DNA of 64,000 bases from assembly GCA_040285745.1 (NCBI GenBank), contig JAUFOR010000008.1, forward strand, positions 1,426,001 through 1,490,000. Direction: 5' to 3'. The translations under genes were made by a program, and so were the position numbers. Of the stretch, positions 21,288 to 32,600 are shown one piece after another; the first letter of the stretch is position 1; each line of letters starts with the position of its first letter. Origin of the DNA: Barthelona sp. PCE (lineage: Eukaryota). The notes under the pieces are model-generated. The model worked only from the letters and a program-made list of their open reading frames with translations, made no database searches and had not been told where the DNA came from.

Positions 21288-22370
21288 TCACAGATCATCA
21301 AAGTTAAAGACTGATAGTTGATCATTTTCAACTCCAATAAAGCTGAAATCACCTTCCATACTATTGTGTTTATCCACTTTGTTAGTACAGGATATAGGAA
21401 TAATATTTGTAAGCGTGATGTTTTGCATAGTGGCAGTTGCAGCTATGAAATCTACATGGAAATAATGAACAAAACCTTGCTCATCAGTTACACCAAAACT
21501 TTCTTGCTCAAACACGATAATCTCTGCCTCTAATTCGCTGAGACTCTTTAACATAACACGGTACTTCTGTATATTCCGTAGATCAGGGTAAATATCAAAA
21601 ATCGGGGTGCAGTCATAATGCATCATTCGCTCGAATAGGAACAAATTAGGTTTCCAGTCAGCACCAGTAAAGTTCACAAGAGAGTGTCTCCTTGAATTAA
21701 TTACAGGGAAGCAATAAACTTCAAGTGCTTGAATTCTCATCAACTGCACAATAACCTGTCCTCTTCTGAAAAAACTCTCAGGATCAAATACGGTAAAACA
21801 GTTATATACCTGATATTCGTTTGAGGAAGTGAAGATATTCCTGCAGTATGAGGTATTATAATCACCTAGATACTTACATTGATTAATACCCTGAGGATTG
21901 TATGCGTTGTTACCTGTCTGTAGAATAAAAACTTTGCCGGTTTCATAAATTGCAAGGTATGCGTACAATTTGTTGTAACAAACAAATGCATATCCGCTTC
22001 TGGGATCTTCCCCCCAGTTACATTCGTTCTCATCGAACTCGAACTCGAACTTGCAATATTCAGAATCTGTGAGGAACCCATCACGTTCAAATATCAGTTC
22101 AGTGATCCTGAAAGAAACGCTGGGTGGATTTCTTACCAGTGAAACATCGGAATACAACCGTGTACTATCATTCAACATAACTTCAGGATGAGGTGTATTA
22201 GGCTCATTAAGTTGCCCATGGTCAACAATTGCTTTTTTGGAAAGCCTACCCTTACGCTTTCTATTCTTGAAGTTATTGAAAAATCCACATGAATTATCTT
22301 CCTCAAAGGGAAGACTTTCAGGGGTATATGGGTCAATAACTGCTGGTTCTTCGGGAGTAACAGTTGGCAT
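21288..22370 (-). CDS. Hypothetical orphan protein
   Basis: 360-aa ATG-initiated ORF. Confidence 0.7.
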   Translation of the reverse strand: MPTVTPEEPAVIDPYTPESLPFEEDNSCGFFNNFKNRKRKGRLSKKAIVDHGQLNEPNTPHPEVMLNDSTRLYSDVSLVRNPPSVSFRITELIFERDGFLTDSEYCKFEFEFDENECNWGEDPRSGYAFVCYNKLYAYLAIYETGKVFILQTGNNAYNPQGINQCKYLGDYNTSYCRNIFTSSNEYQVYNCFTVFDPESFFRRGQVIVQLMRIQALEVYCFPVINSRRHSLVNFTGADWKPNLFLFERMMHYDCTPIFDIYPDLRNIQKYRVMLKSLSELEAEIIVFEQESFGVTDEQGFVHYFHVDFIAATATMQNITLTNIIPISCTNKVDKHNSMEGDFSFIGVENDQLSVFNFDDL

Positions 22371-22461
22371 ATCAGCAGATCTCCAATTGAAAAGGGACTT
22401 ATGGATGAATGGAATATTGGTTTTCCATTTATCTCTTTTTCAATGAATTTTGCATATTTGA

Positions 22462-24909
22462 ATGAGTAAGCATAAGCGGAAAGGAAAGAAACGGAAGGTA
22501 AAGCAGAACAAATCAGTTAGCCGTCAAGAAAAAATCATTAGAAAGGCAGAAAGCATCTACAGTTGGTATAAGGAACATACAGGGGCAAAGAGAACACTCA
22601 TATCCTTAATTGCAGCACTGTATAGTCACGAATCTCTACGTTCTCTTAAGGATCGTTTTAACAGCATTATTTATGAATTAGAAGATGTTGTTGTAAGTCT
22701 TTGCTTACCATATGATAAAAGTTTCAAGGACAAGGCAGAAAAAATGTGGGTAACTTTGTTTAAAGATGAGGACTGTGATCATTTTGTAACTTTAGGAACA
22801 TTTTTGACTGTTGTCGCGGTTCTTCAGCTTAATTGTCTCACAGAAACTTTGAATAACGGTTATTTAACAGTTGCTTATGGGATTCTTTCATGTTTAGCAG
22901 TTGATTTAAACTATGATGATGAAGCGATAGATTTTTTTTCGTTGTTTTACGATTCAAAGGTTTTTTTCATGGTAAATAACAGTCCATCACTGGCCAGGCA
23001 TTTTTGGATGATCACAGGTTTCATAGGTTCCCGGCTTAAACGTCTACCTTTTCCAATATCTTTGGACACTGATCTGAATCCCTTTGATGTTCTTGCGAGC
23101 TCTGGTGATTATTTTGCTTATTCAAGTGTAGATGATCCAAACAGGCTTGTTTTTCTAAAGGATTGCTTTTTTAAAATACCTGAAGAATCAAAAAGAACCC
23201 TACCGAAGTGGTTAATGGATCGCATTACCAAGGATCTAAGTGACAAACTTGAGATTACAAAGGGAAAAGCATGTTTGAATTATTGTTGGATACCACCACG
23301 AGCACACCCCCAGTTCTATACAACATACCAGCGGTCATTCTTGGGGAGTAACTCCACAAAACCAACATCATTAATGCGTTCTATAAAAGATCATCCAGAC
23401 GAGGATTATTTAATGATTTGCTATTTCATATCAATTGTTCAAGCAACATATTTAACCAAAAAGTGGACAACTGAAGCAGTGTTGTTGATAGTTTTTTTGT
23501 ATAATCAATTTGCATCAGAGTTTCGAATTACACCCTTCTATGGTATGTTTGAATTTATTTACTCTACATTGGTATATGGAAGTGATGGAATTTGTGAGTG
23601 TTACAGGTATTTGAGTATTTTTTTTCCTGATAAAAGTGAAGTCAGTGAAATGACAGGCTTTATAGTTCTATTTCTAGAAAATTTTGCAAAAAAATTTCCC
23701 AATCATTTTGTAATGTATTCGGGGTTTTCTAAGCGCAGGAAGTTTGAAAAGCTTGATTTAGACTATGAGAATTTGTTCTTGAACATGTTAGAATACCGTG
23801 CACACCACATCATGTCACCCCGTCCACAATATTTACTGTATAATTCTTTAGTGAAGAATGATTTGAATATTGAACGTCATCATATTAAATTAGATGCATA
23901 TTACAAAGAAATTTTCAGGCAAAGAAGTTTAAAGTTTGAAGAGTTTACGAGCAGGAAGAAGAAGGAATCTATTGAGCCTGAAGAAGAGGTAGTTGAGCCT
24001 GAAGAAGAGGTAGTTGAGCTTGAAGAAGAGGTAGTTGAGCCTGAAAAAGAGGTAGAACATATTGGTGTTATGACTGAAATAGATGTGGATGAAGCAGGGG
24101 CTCAGTTCTCATTTGAGCGTGTGGCATATGGGGATATCCCCGAGTCAAAAGCACTAATGCGTGCTGTACGTAGCTATATTCCAGCCAGTTTGATCGAAAA
24201 AGAAAAGGAGCCACAGTTTTGTGGCGATTTGTTCGTTTCTGACGAGCACCAGCAACGAAGGCGTGCAGCATTTGTTTACGGTTTGCACTCGCATGCAGCT
24301 GTTCTAGGTTTAGTTGATGAATTTCCAGAAGTCCAGGCGGTTTATATGTTGAGCGATAATTTTGACACAATCGCAAGACTAATTGTACTGTTTCTTTTCG
24401 GACCATACTTTAAGTTTACTATGATGCTAGAAAAGGAAAAAATTTGTGATGCCCTTAATATGAATCATATGTATGCGTTAGCTAAACATGTTGAAAAAAT
24501 GACTGTTAATGAACTATTTAGGTTCAACTCAAGCACATTTTCTGAGCTTAGAATCCTACCATCCGTTACACAGACACTCAATACAGTCGTTGTCACGTAC
24601 TATGACATGTTTGGATACAAAATTACACCTTTTTTCAAGCTCCCTGTTTCATACGCTTCAATAACGCGATCTAAGAAGTGGGTGGAGCACACATGCGCAC
24701 ACAGTATTCTTTTTTCGCGCTTCTTGCTGTTGATGGTAATGAATTTCAACCTAGATCAATATGATTCAGTTTTACCCAAAGACGATCTGTTTCGCCTTTT
24801 CCACCATCATTTAAAGAGGGAATATTATGTGATGCACAAACTACCACTTTCGTTTGCAGAGAAGCACAAGGATATATTGGTTGAGTGGGCTTTAAATGTA
24901 ACAGGTTAA
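22462..24909 (+). CDS. Hypothetical protein with basic N-terminus and acidic tandem repeat
   Basis: 815-aa ORF; NLS-like KHKRKGKKRK; EPEEEVV repeats. Confidence 0.75.
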   Translation: MSKHKRKGKKRKVKQNKSVSRQEKIIRKAESIYSWYKEHTGAKRTLISLIAALYSHESLRSLKDRFNSIIYELEDVVVSLCLPYDKSFKDKAEKMWVTLFKDEDCDHFVTLGTFLTVVAVLQLNCLTETLNNGYLTVAYGILSCLAVDLNYDDEAIDFFSLFYDSKVFFMVNNSPSLARHFWMITGFIGSRLKRLPFPISLDTDLNPFDVLASSGDYFAYSSVDDPNRLVFLKDCFFKIPEESKRTLPKWLMDRITKDLSDKLEITKGKACLNYCWIPPRAHPQFYTTYQRSFLGSNSTKPTSLMRSIKDHPDEDYLMICYFISIVQATYLTKKWTTEAVLLIVFLYNQFASEFRITPFYGMFEFIYSTLVYGSDGICECYRYLSIFFPDKSEVSEMTGFIVLFLENFAKKFPNHFVMYSGFSKRRKFEKLDLDYENLFLNMLEYRAHHIMSPRPQYLLYNSLVKNDLNIERHHIKLDAYYKEIFRQRSLKFEEFTSRKKKESIEPEEEVVEPEEEVVELEEEVVEPEKEVEHIGVMTEIDVDEAGAQFSFERVAYGDIPESKALMRAVRSYIPASLIEKEKEPQFCGDLFVSDEHQQRRRAAFVYGLHSHAAVLGLVDEFPEVQAVYMLSDNFDTIARLIVLFLFGPYFKFTMMLEKEKICDALNMNHMYALAKHVEKMTVNELFRFNSSTFSELRILPSVTQTLNTVVVTYYDMFGYKITPFFKLPVSYASITRSKKWVEHTCAHSILFSRFLLLMVMNFNLDQYDSVLPKDDLFRLFHHHLKREYYVMHKLPLSFAEKHKDILVEWALNVTG
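23972..24055 (+). repeat. Coding 21-bp minisatellite x4 (TTGAGCCTGAAGAAGAGGTAG)
   Basis: Four near-perfect copies encoding EPEEEVV. Confidence 0.92.
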
Positions 24910-24926
24910 TTGTCTGCAGTTTATTG

Positions 24927-25937
24927 TTAAAAATCAATTTTACCCCACACAGCGGTGCCTTCATTATTTAATGCAATAAACTCGTTCTTGGAAACGGAAA
25001 GAAACGAAAAAGAATCGATATTTGTTGTTGATACGTTCTGTATACCCTCATTCTTATCAGTGCTCTCTGCGATGTGAACATTATTGCCGTTGATAAAACC
25101 ACCTTCAAAGCTTGCAAATGTACCATCACAGACTAGCTCATCATTATCTGCCATGACTTTCAGCTCACTCTTCTTGAAACTGAAACCTTCAAAGGCAACA
25201 GAAACCATGTTGACACATTTTGTTTCATGATGAACGCCATAAAATTCACACGTCTCAAATTGATTTCGGATGTAGGTGTCATTGAAGGTGTATTCCAGGG
25301 GATACAGCTCTTGCAACTGGGGATTAAACATACTAACTTGTTTAATGGGAGATCCATTCTCTATAATTGTTGTCTCCAATAAAAACCAATTTTCAGCTAA
25401 ATTTCGGATACGCTCGATGCTCTCTAACTGCTCTACCTTAAAGTCAAACTTATTTTCGGACAGCTCACCAAACTCTTGCATAAAAATTGCTAAGTTGTTT
25501 TTAGCTTCAGATTGATTAAAGATGAGAACATTTTCATCCATACACACAGAAGAGGCAGCAAAATCCAGAGTCCTAGGAGAGGAAAACTCAAGAGTGCACT
25601 GATATTCAACATAGCTAAAGTGTTGGATATTGGTTTTTTGATTGGTAAATAAAACAATAAATCCATGACCAGAGGCCTTAGAAAACACAATACGAGCAGT
25701 TTCAGCATTCATGATATCAGATGAGTTTCCTTTAAAGTCGTCAAGTGAATCAAGGTGGTACACCTGTCTACAACCTTCTTTTATGTTATAGAGCGCGCAA
25801 ACTGCCGCGTTTGCATCGCTTTCGATAGTCACAACGATACCATGATCGATTAAAAAAGCATTTGCAACGTTCAGTGTTGTATTGAGATTTTTTGAAACTA
25901 TTTGGTTTGAATTCTTGGTAACTGCAACGTTATACAT
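24927..25937 (-). CDS. Hypothetical protein (possible divergent beta-propeller)
   Basis: About 336-aa ORF with short beta-strand patterning; first ATG at 25937. Confidence 0.65.
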   Translation of the reverse strand: MYNVAVTKNSNQIVSKNLNTTLNVANAFLIDHGIVVTIESDANAAVCALYNIKEGCRQVYHLDSLDDFKGNSSDIMNAETARIVFSKASGHGFIVLFTNQKTNIQHFSYVEYQCTLEFSSPRTLDFAASSVCMDENVLIFNQSEAKNNLAIFMQEFGELSENKFDFKVEQLESIERIRNLAENWFLLETTIIENGSPIKQVSMFNPQLQELYPLEYTFNDTYIRNQFETCEFYGVHHETKCVNMVSVAFEGFSFKKSELKVMADNDELVCDGTFASFEGGFINGNNVHIAESTDKNEGIQNVSTTNIDSFSFLSVSKNEFIALNNEGTAVWGKIDF

Positions 25938-25988
25938 CAATTTATTCCACAAAATATAGAAAAAAGTGAAAAATAAACAAATAAGTAT

Positions 25989-26570
25989 TTACTTTCCAGT
26001 CAAAACACCTGTCCATGTTTTAATAAGTCCCTCGCATATTTCCTTAACATCTTTCGACACCTGCTTGTGATTATCTGCCATAAAAGAAATGATACCACCT
26101 AAACGACTCTGCTCTAATCTTTGAATAACTTCTTCTTCTTTTCTCTTCCAATCAATATTATTTAGTAAGGTGACGAGATCTCGCTGTATGGCATAAGAAG
26201 GGAGGTTGTTTTTTAATGGTAATGGTTCTAAAAGGTTTCGAATTCGTGCCAAAAAATTTGTTGATTGTAAAAGGAATTCTCTTACCGGACCGTAGTTAAA
26301 ACTCTCTTGAATCTCGCGTAGGATCTTGATACAATGTGTAGGAATACCAGTTAATTCACCTTTAACAATACCCTCATCCATACTCCTTGCTTCAATCATT
26401 TTTTCAACAAGATTCTCTGCTTTTGCCCTTACAATGCCCTCGTCAACATCAAGACGTCCAGATTTTGAACGACGTCCAACAGATTGACGTGTAGAATTAT
26501 AGTTATTGATAGTATTGTCTTCAAGGAAGTTATTACTTGTTCTCTGAACCTTCTTTGGGATCCCAGACAT
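25989..26570 (-). CDS. IWS1: Transcription elongation factor IWS1/Spn1 (TFIIS N-terminal-like domain)
   Basis: LLEPLPLKNNLPSYAIQ, LEQSRLGGII and LIKTW match the Spn1/IWS1 core motifs. Confidence 0.8.
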   Translation of the reverse strand: MSGIPKKVQRTSNNFLEDNTINNYNSTRQSVGRRSKSGRLDVDEGIVRAKAENLVEKMIEARSMDEGIVKGELTGIPTHCIKILREIQESFNYGPVREFLLQSTNFLARIRNLLEPLPLKNNLPSYAIQRDLVTLLNNIDWKRKEEEVIQRLEQSRLGGIISFMADNHKQVSKDVKEICEGLIKTWTGVLTGK

Positions 26571-26724
26571 ATGTTTTCGTGGTTGAACCGAAAATCAAAC
26601 AAGAAAAGGAGAAAAATGGTAGACCAACCTGCACTGTTCAAGTTAAGATTAAAGGCTTTTTGTGACCCAAAAGATATCTGTAATTTGATCCACATGCCGT
26701 GAATACACGTGTGGTTGCTCAACA

Positions 26725-28566
26725 ATGATTAGTTATGCTGCTTTTGCATTTTTTGCAATTCTCTTTGTGCGTTCGGTTTTTTTCCTTACACACGGGCAAG
26801 CTTCAATGCAGGGTATCTCAAGGTTACTAAAGTTCTCATTCTATGTCTTTCCAATAATATTTGTAGTGCTTGCACCTTCTCTCTTTCTTAAACCGTATTT
26901 CTCGCTTTCAGGACAGATGAAATGTCTGGAGGGACCGTTGACGCTGAACTTGGACCCCGGCACGTTCAGATTATTCACTAAATCAACCTGTGGGCTTCAA
27001 AAACCGCCGCATATGTTAATATCTCTGCTTGTAGGAAGCGACTACGACTCGGGGATTATTGGTCGGTGCCCGCACGGCTTCCACGATCACTCTGCAAGCC
27101 TAGCACACGACGTATTGTATGAAGATCAGGTTACAAAACCATGCATTAAGCTTATTCAACAACAGTTTGACTACCTGGAGTGGGACTATTCGTTTGAACG
27201 CCAACTTAATCTGCGGTATCATGGTCCTAATGCGAGATCTACTGAGGTTTTTTATTTTGATTTTGAGATTCCGAAAAGTCTTATTGAAACACAAGAGGAC
27301 TACGAAATTCTTACGTCCCTCTTTGTGGTTGACAAGTACGAGCTTGAGTGCCACGCAGATGCAGATTGTGAGGCTTTTGAGGCCGAGGTCAGGCAGACGA
27401 TCATTGACAATCCAGATTTTGTGCCAGTCGGGCATGCATTCTGTTCTAGGCGCGTTGCACACTCTGCGTGGTCATACAGCGGATGCGCGATGAACGTTGT
27501 TAGGGGAAACTCGTCGCACTGTCATGAGGATGTCGATGTTTTTGGGTTGAATTTCCATTCTCAGGTGCCTATAACGCCAGAGTGCGCGTTTCTTTCCTGG
27601 GTGCAGCTGTTCCCCGCAGACATACCCAGTGTATTCTTCCCAGAGTACTGGCACTTCTCATCGCTCATCTTTGTGATCTGTGTCCCGATTCACATGTTTC
27701 TTTCTCTCTATTACTGGCGAAGGCTGCACCTCATGTATCTGTCATCACACTACTACATGCATGCTGAGCCGTTTCCGATCGAAAAGGGTAAGGTTTATTA
27801 CGTAAAATGTTTGCTCGTGGGAAAGCAGTTTAGTGCAATTGAGGGTGTTCTTCGGCTGTATTCATCTGCAGAAGATGTGTTCTCGGTCCCATTCGACATA
27901 TCACTGGGCGACGGTGGAAGCAATAACACACTTGTAACGACTCTGGTAAGGGGCAAGTTCCGCGCTACACATGACGTTCCATGCTGTTATGCAGATGTAG
28001 AGAACAGCGACTGGCAAAGCGCTGGAAATTCATCGCTCAACGCTGCCCGTATCATCATTCGAAAGGAGATGCCGTTGCTGGTGAAAACCCGCGCGAATTT
28101 TTTCCCGTTGCTGTACTTCATCTCTCTCTTCGATAAGAAGCGCTTCTCTGGTCTTATTTCGTACACATATCTCTTCTTCTTCAACCTAAGTGCGTGGATA
28201 GTGCTGGTTATTTATATAGCGTTCAGTTATCTTAGTTTCTTCAGACCGCAATATGTTTTTTGGGCAACGTCAACGCTTGCATCCCCAAGTGTTTCGCTCC
28301 TCGCATACATACTCTTTATTATATTCTTGTTCATCCCTCACCTCCTTGTTTTGTCAGGAGTGTTCAGACCTATCGAGGAGTCGTATCAGCAGCATTATGT
28401 AGAGTTCAAAGAGCGTACATATTACGATAGCGACCCAGAAGATGAAGAAATTGGGCTGCCAGTGCTCATCACAACCAGCAGAAACAACGAGGCTTTGTCA
28501 TACAGCTGTCTCGAACTTGAACACTATGAAGGCGATATTAAAGAACCTCTTCTGAAAAGATCCTAG
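26725..28566 (+). CDS. Multi-pass membrane protein with Cys-containing extracytoplasmic domain
   Basis: 613 aa with at least five hydrophobic segments. Confidence 0.75.
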   Translation: MISYAAFAFFAILFVRSVFFLTHGQASMQGISRLLKFSFYVFPIIFVVLAPSLFLKPYFSLSGQMKCLEGPLTLNLDPGTFRLFTKSTCGLQKPPHMLISLLVGSDYDSGIIGRCPHGFHDHSASLAHDVLYEDQVTKPCIKLIQQQFDYLEWDYSFERQLNLRYHGPNARSTEVFYFDFEIPKSLIETQEDYEILTSLFVVDKYELECHADADCEAFEAEVRQTIIDNPDFVPVGHAFCSRRVAHSAWSYSGCAMNVVRGNSSHCHEDVDVFGLNFHSQVPITPECAFLSWVQLFPADIPSVFFPEYWHFSSLIFVICVPIHMFLSLYYWRRLHLMYLSSHYYMHAEPFPIEKGKVYYVKCLLVGKQFSAIEGVLRLYSSAEDVFSVPFDISLGDGGSNNTLVTTLVRGKFRATHDVPCCYADVENSDWQSAGNSSLNAARIIIRKEMPLLVKTRANFFPLLYFISLFDKKRFSGLISYTYLFFFNLSAWIVLVIYIAFSYLSFFRPQYVFWATSTLASPSVSLLAYILFIIFLFIPHLLVLSGVFRPIEESYQQHYVEFKERTYYDSDPEDEEIGLPVLITTSRNNEALSYSCLELEHYEGDIKEPLLKRS

Positions 28567-28570
28567 TTGT

Positions 28571-29554
28571 TCAAGACACGTTAAATGATAGATAGCGGTC
28601 AGGGCAGCTCTCTGTGTCGAAATATTCATCAGAAGGAAGAGCAAAACCATCCTCAATTTGACAGTTAAAGGATGACATCCAAACGTCTATTTCCGTCCAT
28701 TCCTCTTCCAACACCGGCGTTTCAGCTGCAGCAAGCGGTGGTTCACGCGTGGGTGAAGTAGGTTGTAGGTAGTATAGAGGGTTTTGGGCAATATTGAACG
28801 TCTCCATAGCATCGTGCTGGATTCCGCTTGATTCAACTTTAGCACCAAACTGGGTACTCATATTACTGGTTTCCTTCGCTTCCACCATCCTCAGGGCGTT
28901 CTCAGCTTGAAGTAAATCTTCTTTGTACTCATCCCTTTCTGATGTGAGTTTTTTTATGGATATCTGCATTCTTTCATACTCTTTAGCTTGCTCTTCTGCA
29001 ATACGCTGCTCGAACTCATCCTCTTCTGCTCGTGCTGCGCTCTCGGTCCGAAGCGATGTGAGCTCAGTCGTCAAAGCTGCCATTTTGCTACGAAGTGTGG
29101 CCAGCTCAGATTGTGCTTTTGAATATGTATTTTCAACCTCTAGTTTATCGTTTTCAAGCTCATCTATATCTTCACAAAGACGAGCGTTGACATTATACTG
29201 TTCTGAAAGTTGTGTTTTGAGATTCTCAACTTGTTGAATCATTTCAGTCATTTTCTCCAGCTCTGCTGATAAACGAACGTTTTCTTGCCGAAGAACGGCA
29301 GTGCTCCTCTTCAAGCTCTCATATACACGTGTTGATGGTAGATCAAAGTCTGTTTGAACACCCATAAATTGATATTCAGCAATTTCTTGCTTCTCTGTCG
29401 ATTCCACATCGAAAATTGACAGTTTCTTTCGATACTTTGCCTTGACAGGTGTACTTGGTAGGATAGAAGCTCGTCCTGCAATAAGAGACTCGCGTAATCG
29501 GCGTTTCTCTTTTAACTGCTGTAGCAGAAGTATCTTGTCCACTGTCTCGCTCAT
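28571..29554 (-). CDS. Coiled-coil protein
   Basis: Heptad-rich central region; 327 aa. Confidence 0.75.
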   Translation of the reverse strand: MSETVDKILLLQQLKEKRRLRESLIAGRASILPSTPVKAKYRKKLSIFDVESTEKQEIAEYQFMGVQTDFDLPSTRVYESLKRSTAVLRQENVRLSAELEKMTEMIQQVENLKTQLSEQYNVNARLCEDIDELENDKLEVENTYSKAQSELATLRSKMAALTTELTSLRTESAARAEEDEFEQRIAEEQAKEYERMQISIKKLTSERDEYKEDLLQAENALRMVEAKETSNMSTQFGAKVESSGIQHDAMETFNIAQNPLYYLQPTSPTREPPLAAAETPVLEEEWTEIDVWMSSFNCQIEDGFALPSDEYFDTESCPDRYLSFNVS

Positions 29555-29627
29555 TATGACAAATTCCCACGCATTGTCTTATAAAAAGACCAGAAAAGGA
29601 GAAAAAACAAGAATCAAATATTGTTTA

Positions 29628-32600
29628 CTACACTTGCTCAGCAAGATATCCTAAGGCTTCCATCACAAATGTGTTTGTTTCGCACATATCCCGCAGCACA
29701 CCATCGTCATAATGCTTTAACAATCTTAAGAGTGGTGTAACGAGTATTTTCATTGCACTTGGCAGATTCAGGTTCACCGCCTGTATAACAATCTTAAATT
29801 CATCAACAAGTTCTGTGATCTCATCGTCTGATCGCACAAGCGTTACCAGAATACATAGAGAAATCACAGATAGCATCCAGAACACAAAAAAATTGAATTT
29901 TCGCTCATACTCATTGATACCGAGTTTTTTCTTCAAAAATATGATTAGAAGATCATCTAGCTGCTGTATCTTCCGGAATTTTTTAATATTTCTGAAGCTA
30001 TGTATAATATTTGAGACAAAAAGTGAAAGGTAGAATAAAAACTCCGAATAGCTGATTATATAGTGGCAATCATAAGATAGCTGGCTGAAATGACTAATTG
30101 CAACACTGTATATGTTGATCCAGAAGTGTGGTGATTGTTTTGAAAAGCGGAACTTTGTAAAAAGTCGGTGTAAATACTTCAGCGCACGAGAACACACTTG
30201 CATCGATTTTGTTTCTGGCAGGAACCGCACAATCCAGAGGAAGATGAGTTCCGCATGATCTTCTGCCATCTGTTCAATGCCAAATTCAACACGTGCATCT
30301 AACAATGATTCCAAAAATTCCAAAATTGCCTTATTCGGTTTGATATCCAGGCAATACGTCTCCAACTTGGTGCAGAAAGAACCTTGGACGATCTTTTCAC
30401 GTTGAGATAAAATGAGAGATGCTACTTTTAACTTACCATCATGGCTCAAGTTATCATGAAATAGAAAGCGAACTATCTTGAGTAAAAAGGATTCAAAAAC
30501 AGCAGATGTAACCTTCTGCTTATCCATATGCACTAACACAAGCTCAATGATGGAAATGAGCACATCCTCAAAAATAATATCAACATCGAATGGGGAAATC
30601 GGCAAAAGTGACTGAACACTTGCATTTTTTCCCTGCACTGCTGTTAGTATTTTGTTAACAAACTCTTCGTCGGTAAAGTGCAGTGATGGGACAGTGTTAA
30701 ACCGCAGAGCAGCTCTGTAAGTGAGGACAGTACTTGGCGCAGTCATTCGCGTTAAAACTTCTTTGATAAAATCGTCGTTAACTTCATCCAGCAACGCCCC
30801 TCCCATATCGACTTCGTGGAAGAGCGAAAGAAAGGCGGACCCATATACAGGGCTTTTTATGTGCCACATCTTCTTCAAGAGACGCTCGTCAATGGCCATT
30901 AACGTTAGCAGATACTCCAGAGCATTTAGATCAGTAACAATACCACTCGAAGACATTGTGTGCAGCATCAGATAGAACGCTGTAATATTTGTTTGAGGTC
31001 CTACGTCGCACATAAAACGGTACACACTGTCATAAAGTTCAACATCTGTACCATCCTTAACAAACTTGCTGAGCAGCACTCCAAGTGCTCTGAAGCCCAA
31101 AGAGAGCGTGAAAACGTCCTTTTGGGCAGCACCGCTGTTAACGCTGTCGATAAACATGGAAAACAATCGCAAACCAATATCTTTGGAAAAACGAACATTG
31201 TCATCAAGCAAGAAGCTAAGCAACCTGTTGATACCGTTGATGCTCACCGTAGGCCTCATCGTGAGAGTTGGACCGTCCCTTGTGAGTAGCGTAAACTTCC
31301 CCTTCATGATGTGCTCATCAATGGTGTTGGGGGTTGCTTCACCTGCCAGAACAGATGCATCCATGAACACGACGTCAGACAGGTGGGAAGCGTGGTCAAT
31401 AACAAGAAGTGCAACGCCTCTTTCGAGGATGAGCTCCACAGACCTGGAGCAAAACAACGCAAGCCTGAAATCAAACTCTGTATCGTATATGTCAATGCCA
31501 TATCTGCTTCCTATCTCAGAGATGCAGCGTTCTAAACATTCCCCCTCTGTTTCGATGAGGGCTCGAGCCAAAATCAAAAGTGTGATAGTATCCAATGATT
31601 CGATTTCTCCATCGCCAAAGACCAAAGAGGACGCATCACCTCTCAGGGAGTAAAGGGCAACACGCTCAGATGGTGAAAGAATCTGCGGAGAAAGAGCAGA
31701 GCCTGCTATCCCATCTCTCAATGACTTGCCCTTGATCATACCACGTGGGCCGAACGTCTCAGGTATGACAAGATACCGATTCGTCGCCAAGAAGAGCTCA
31801 CGGACATGTGCTGCAACTGAGCGAATGTTTGAATTTCCATAAAGCAGTGCGCGAGCTTGCATTGTTGGTGCTGAGTTGTGTATGGGTCCACTCCCCTTCT
31901 CATAAACGATATCTATCGCTAGAAGATTGTGATACGCAGTTGGGAAGTGAACATAAATGAAATTCTCATTCATGGCTATATATTCGTCTTCGATATTCGA
32001 TAGAAGCGAGTTAACGTTGATGTAGAAGGAAGTTTCCGCACTGAAGAACGAGAAAAAAGCCAGCAGACGCACAGGAAGCAAATTATCATTCACTGCCAAC
32101 AAATGAGAGAACTCTATGGCGTCATCGCTTGTCGTAATACCATGGAAGCAGCGGGCCGCCAGTTGTACATATACGTTTGGAGCAAGTACCTTGCACGATT
32201 CAACGAGCCTGATATCGACAGCACCTCCGGTTTCAACCAATTGCGAAATGAACGTATTTAAATTAGTGCTGTTGGGAACAGCCATGTGTACAAGGTGAAG
32301 CACAAGCTGCCTTGAGTGGGCTGAAAAGTAGTTGTATCGGATAAAGAAGTAGCTCAATTGTTTCCAGTTACTGTCAGTGATACTATCAACAATCTCAATC
32401 AAAAGCCTATGGTTGAGCATTGATTTTGCTGTTTCCACAAGGTAGGCATCCTTATTGAGACCTATAACAAAGTTAAACGCCTCAATAATATCAGGCATGC
32501 AGTTTGCGAAGTAGTCAAAATTAAAAAACTGAAGGAGTTGCAAAAGTAGTTTGAGGAAGAATAGCCTGTTTACGTGATCGCTCTGTATCAGAATATTAAC

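Noticed and set aside
17727..24055. Short tandem repeats as a possible CRISPR array or telomeric repeats
   Set aside because: The repeats are contiguous with no spacers, there are no cas genes, the context is eukaryotic, and the units are not telomere-like.
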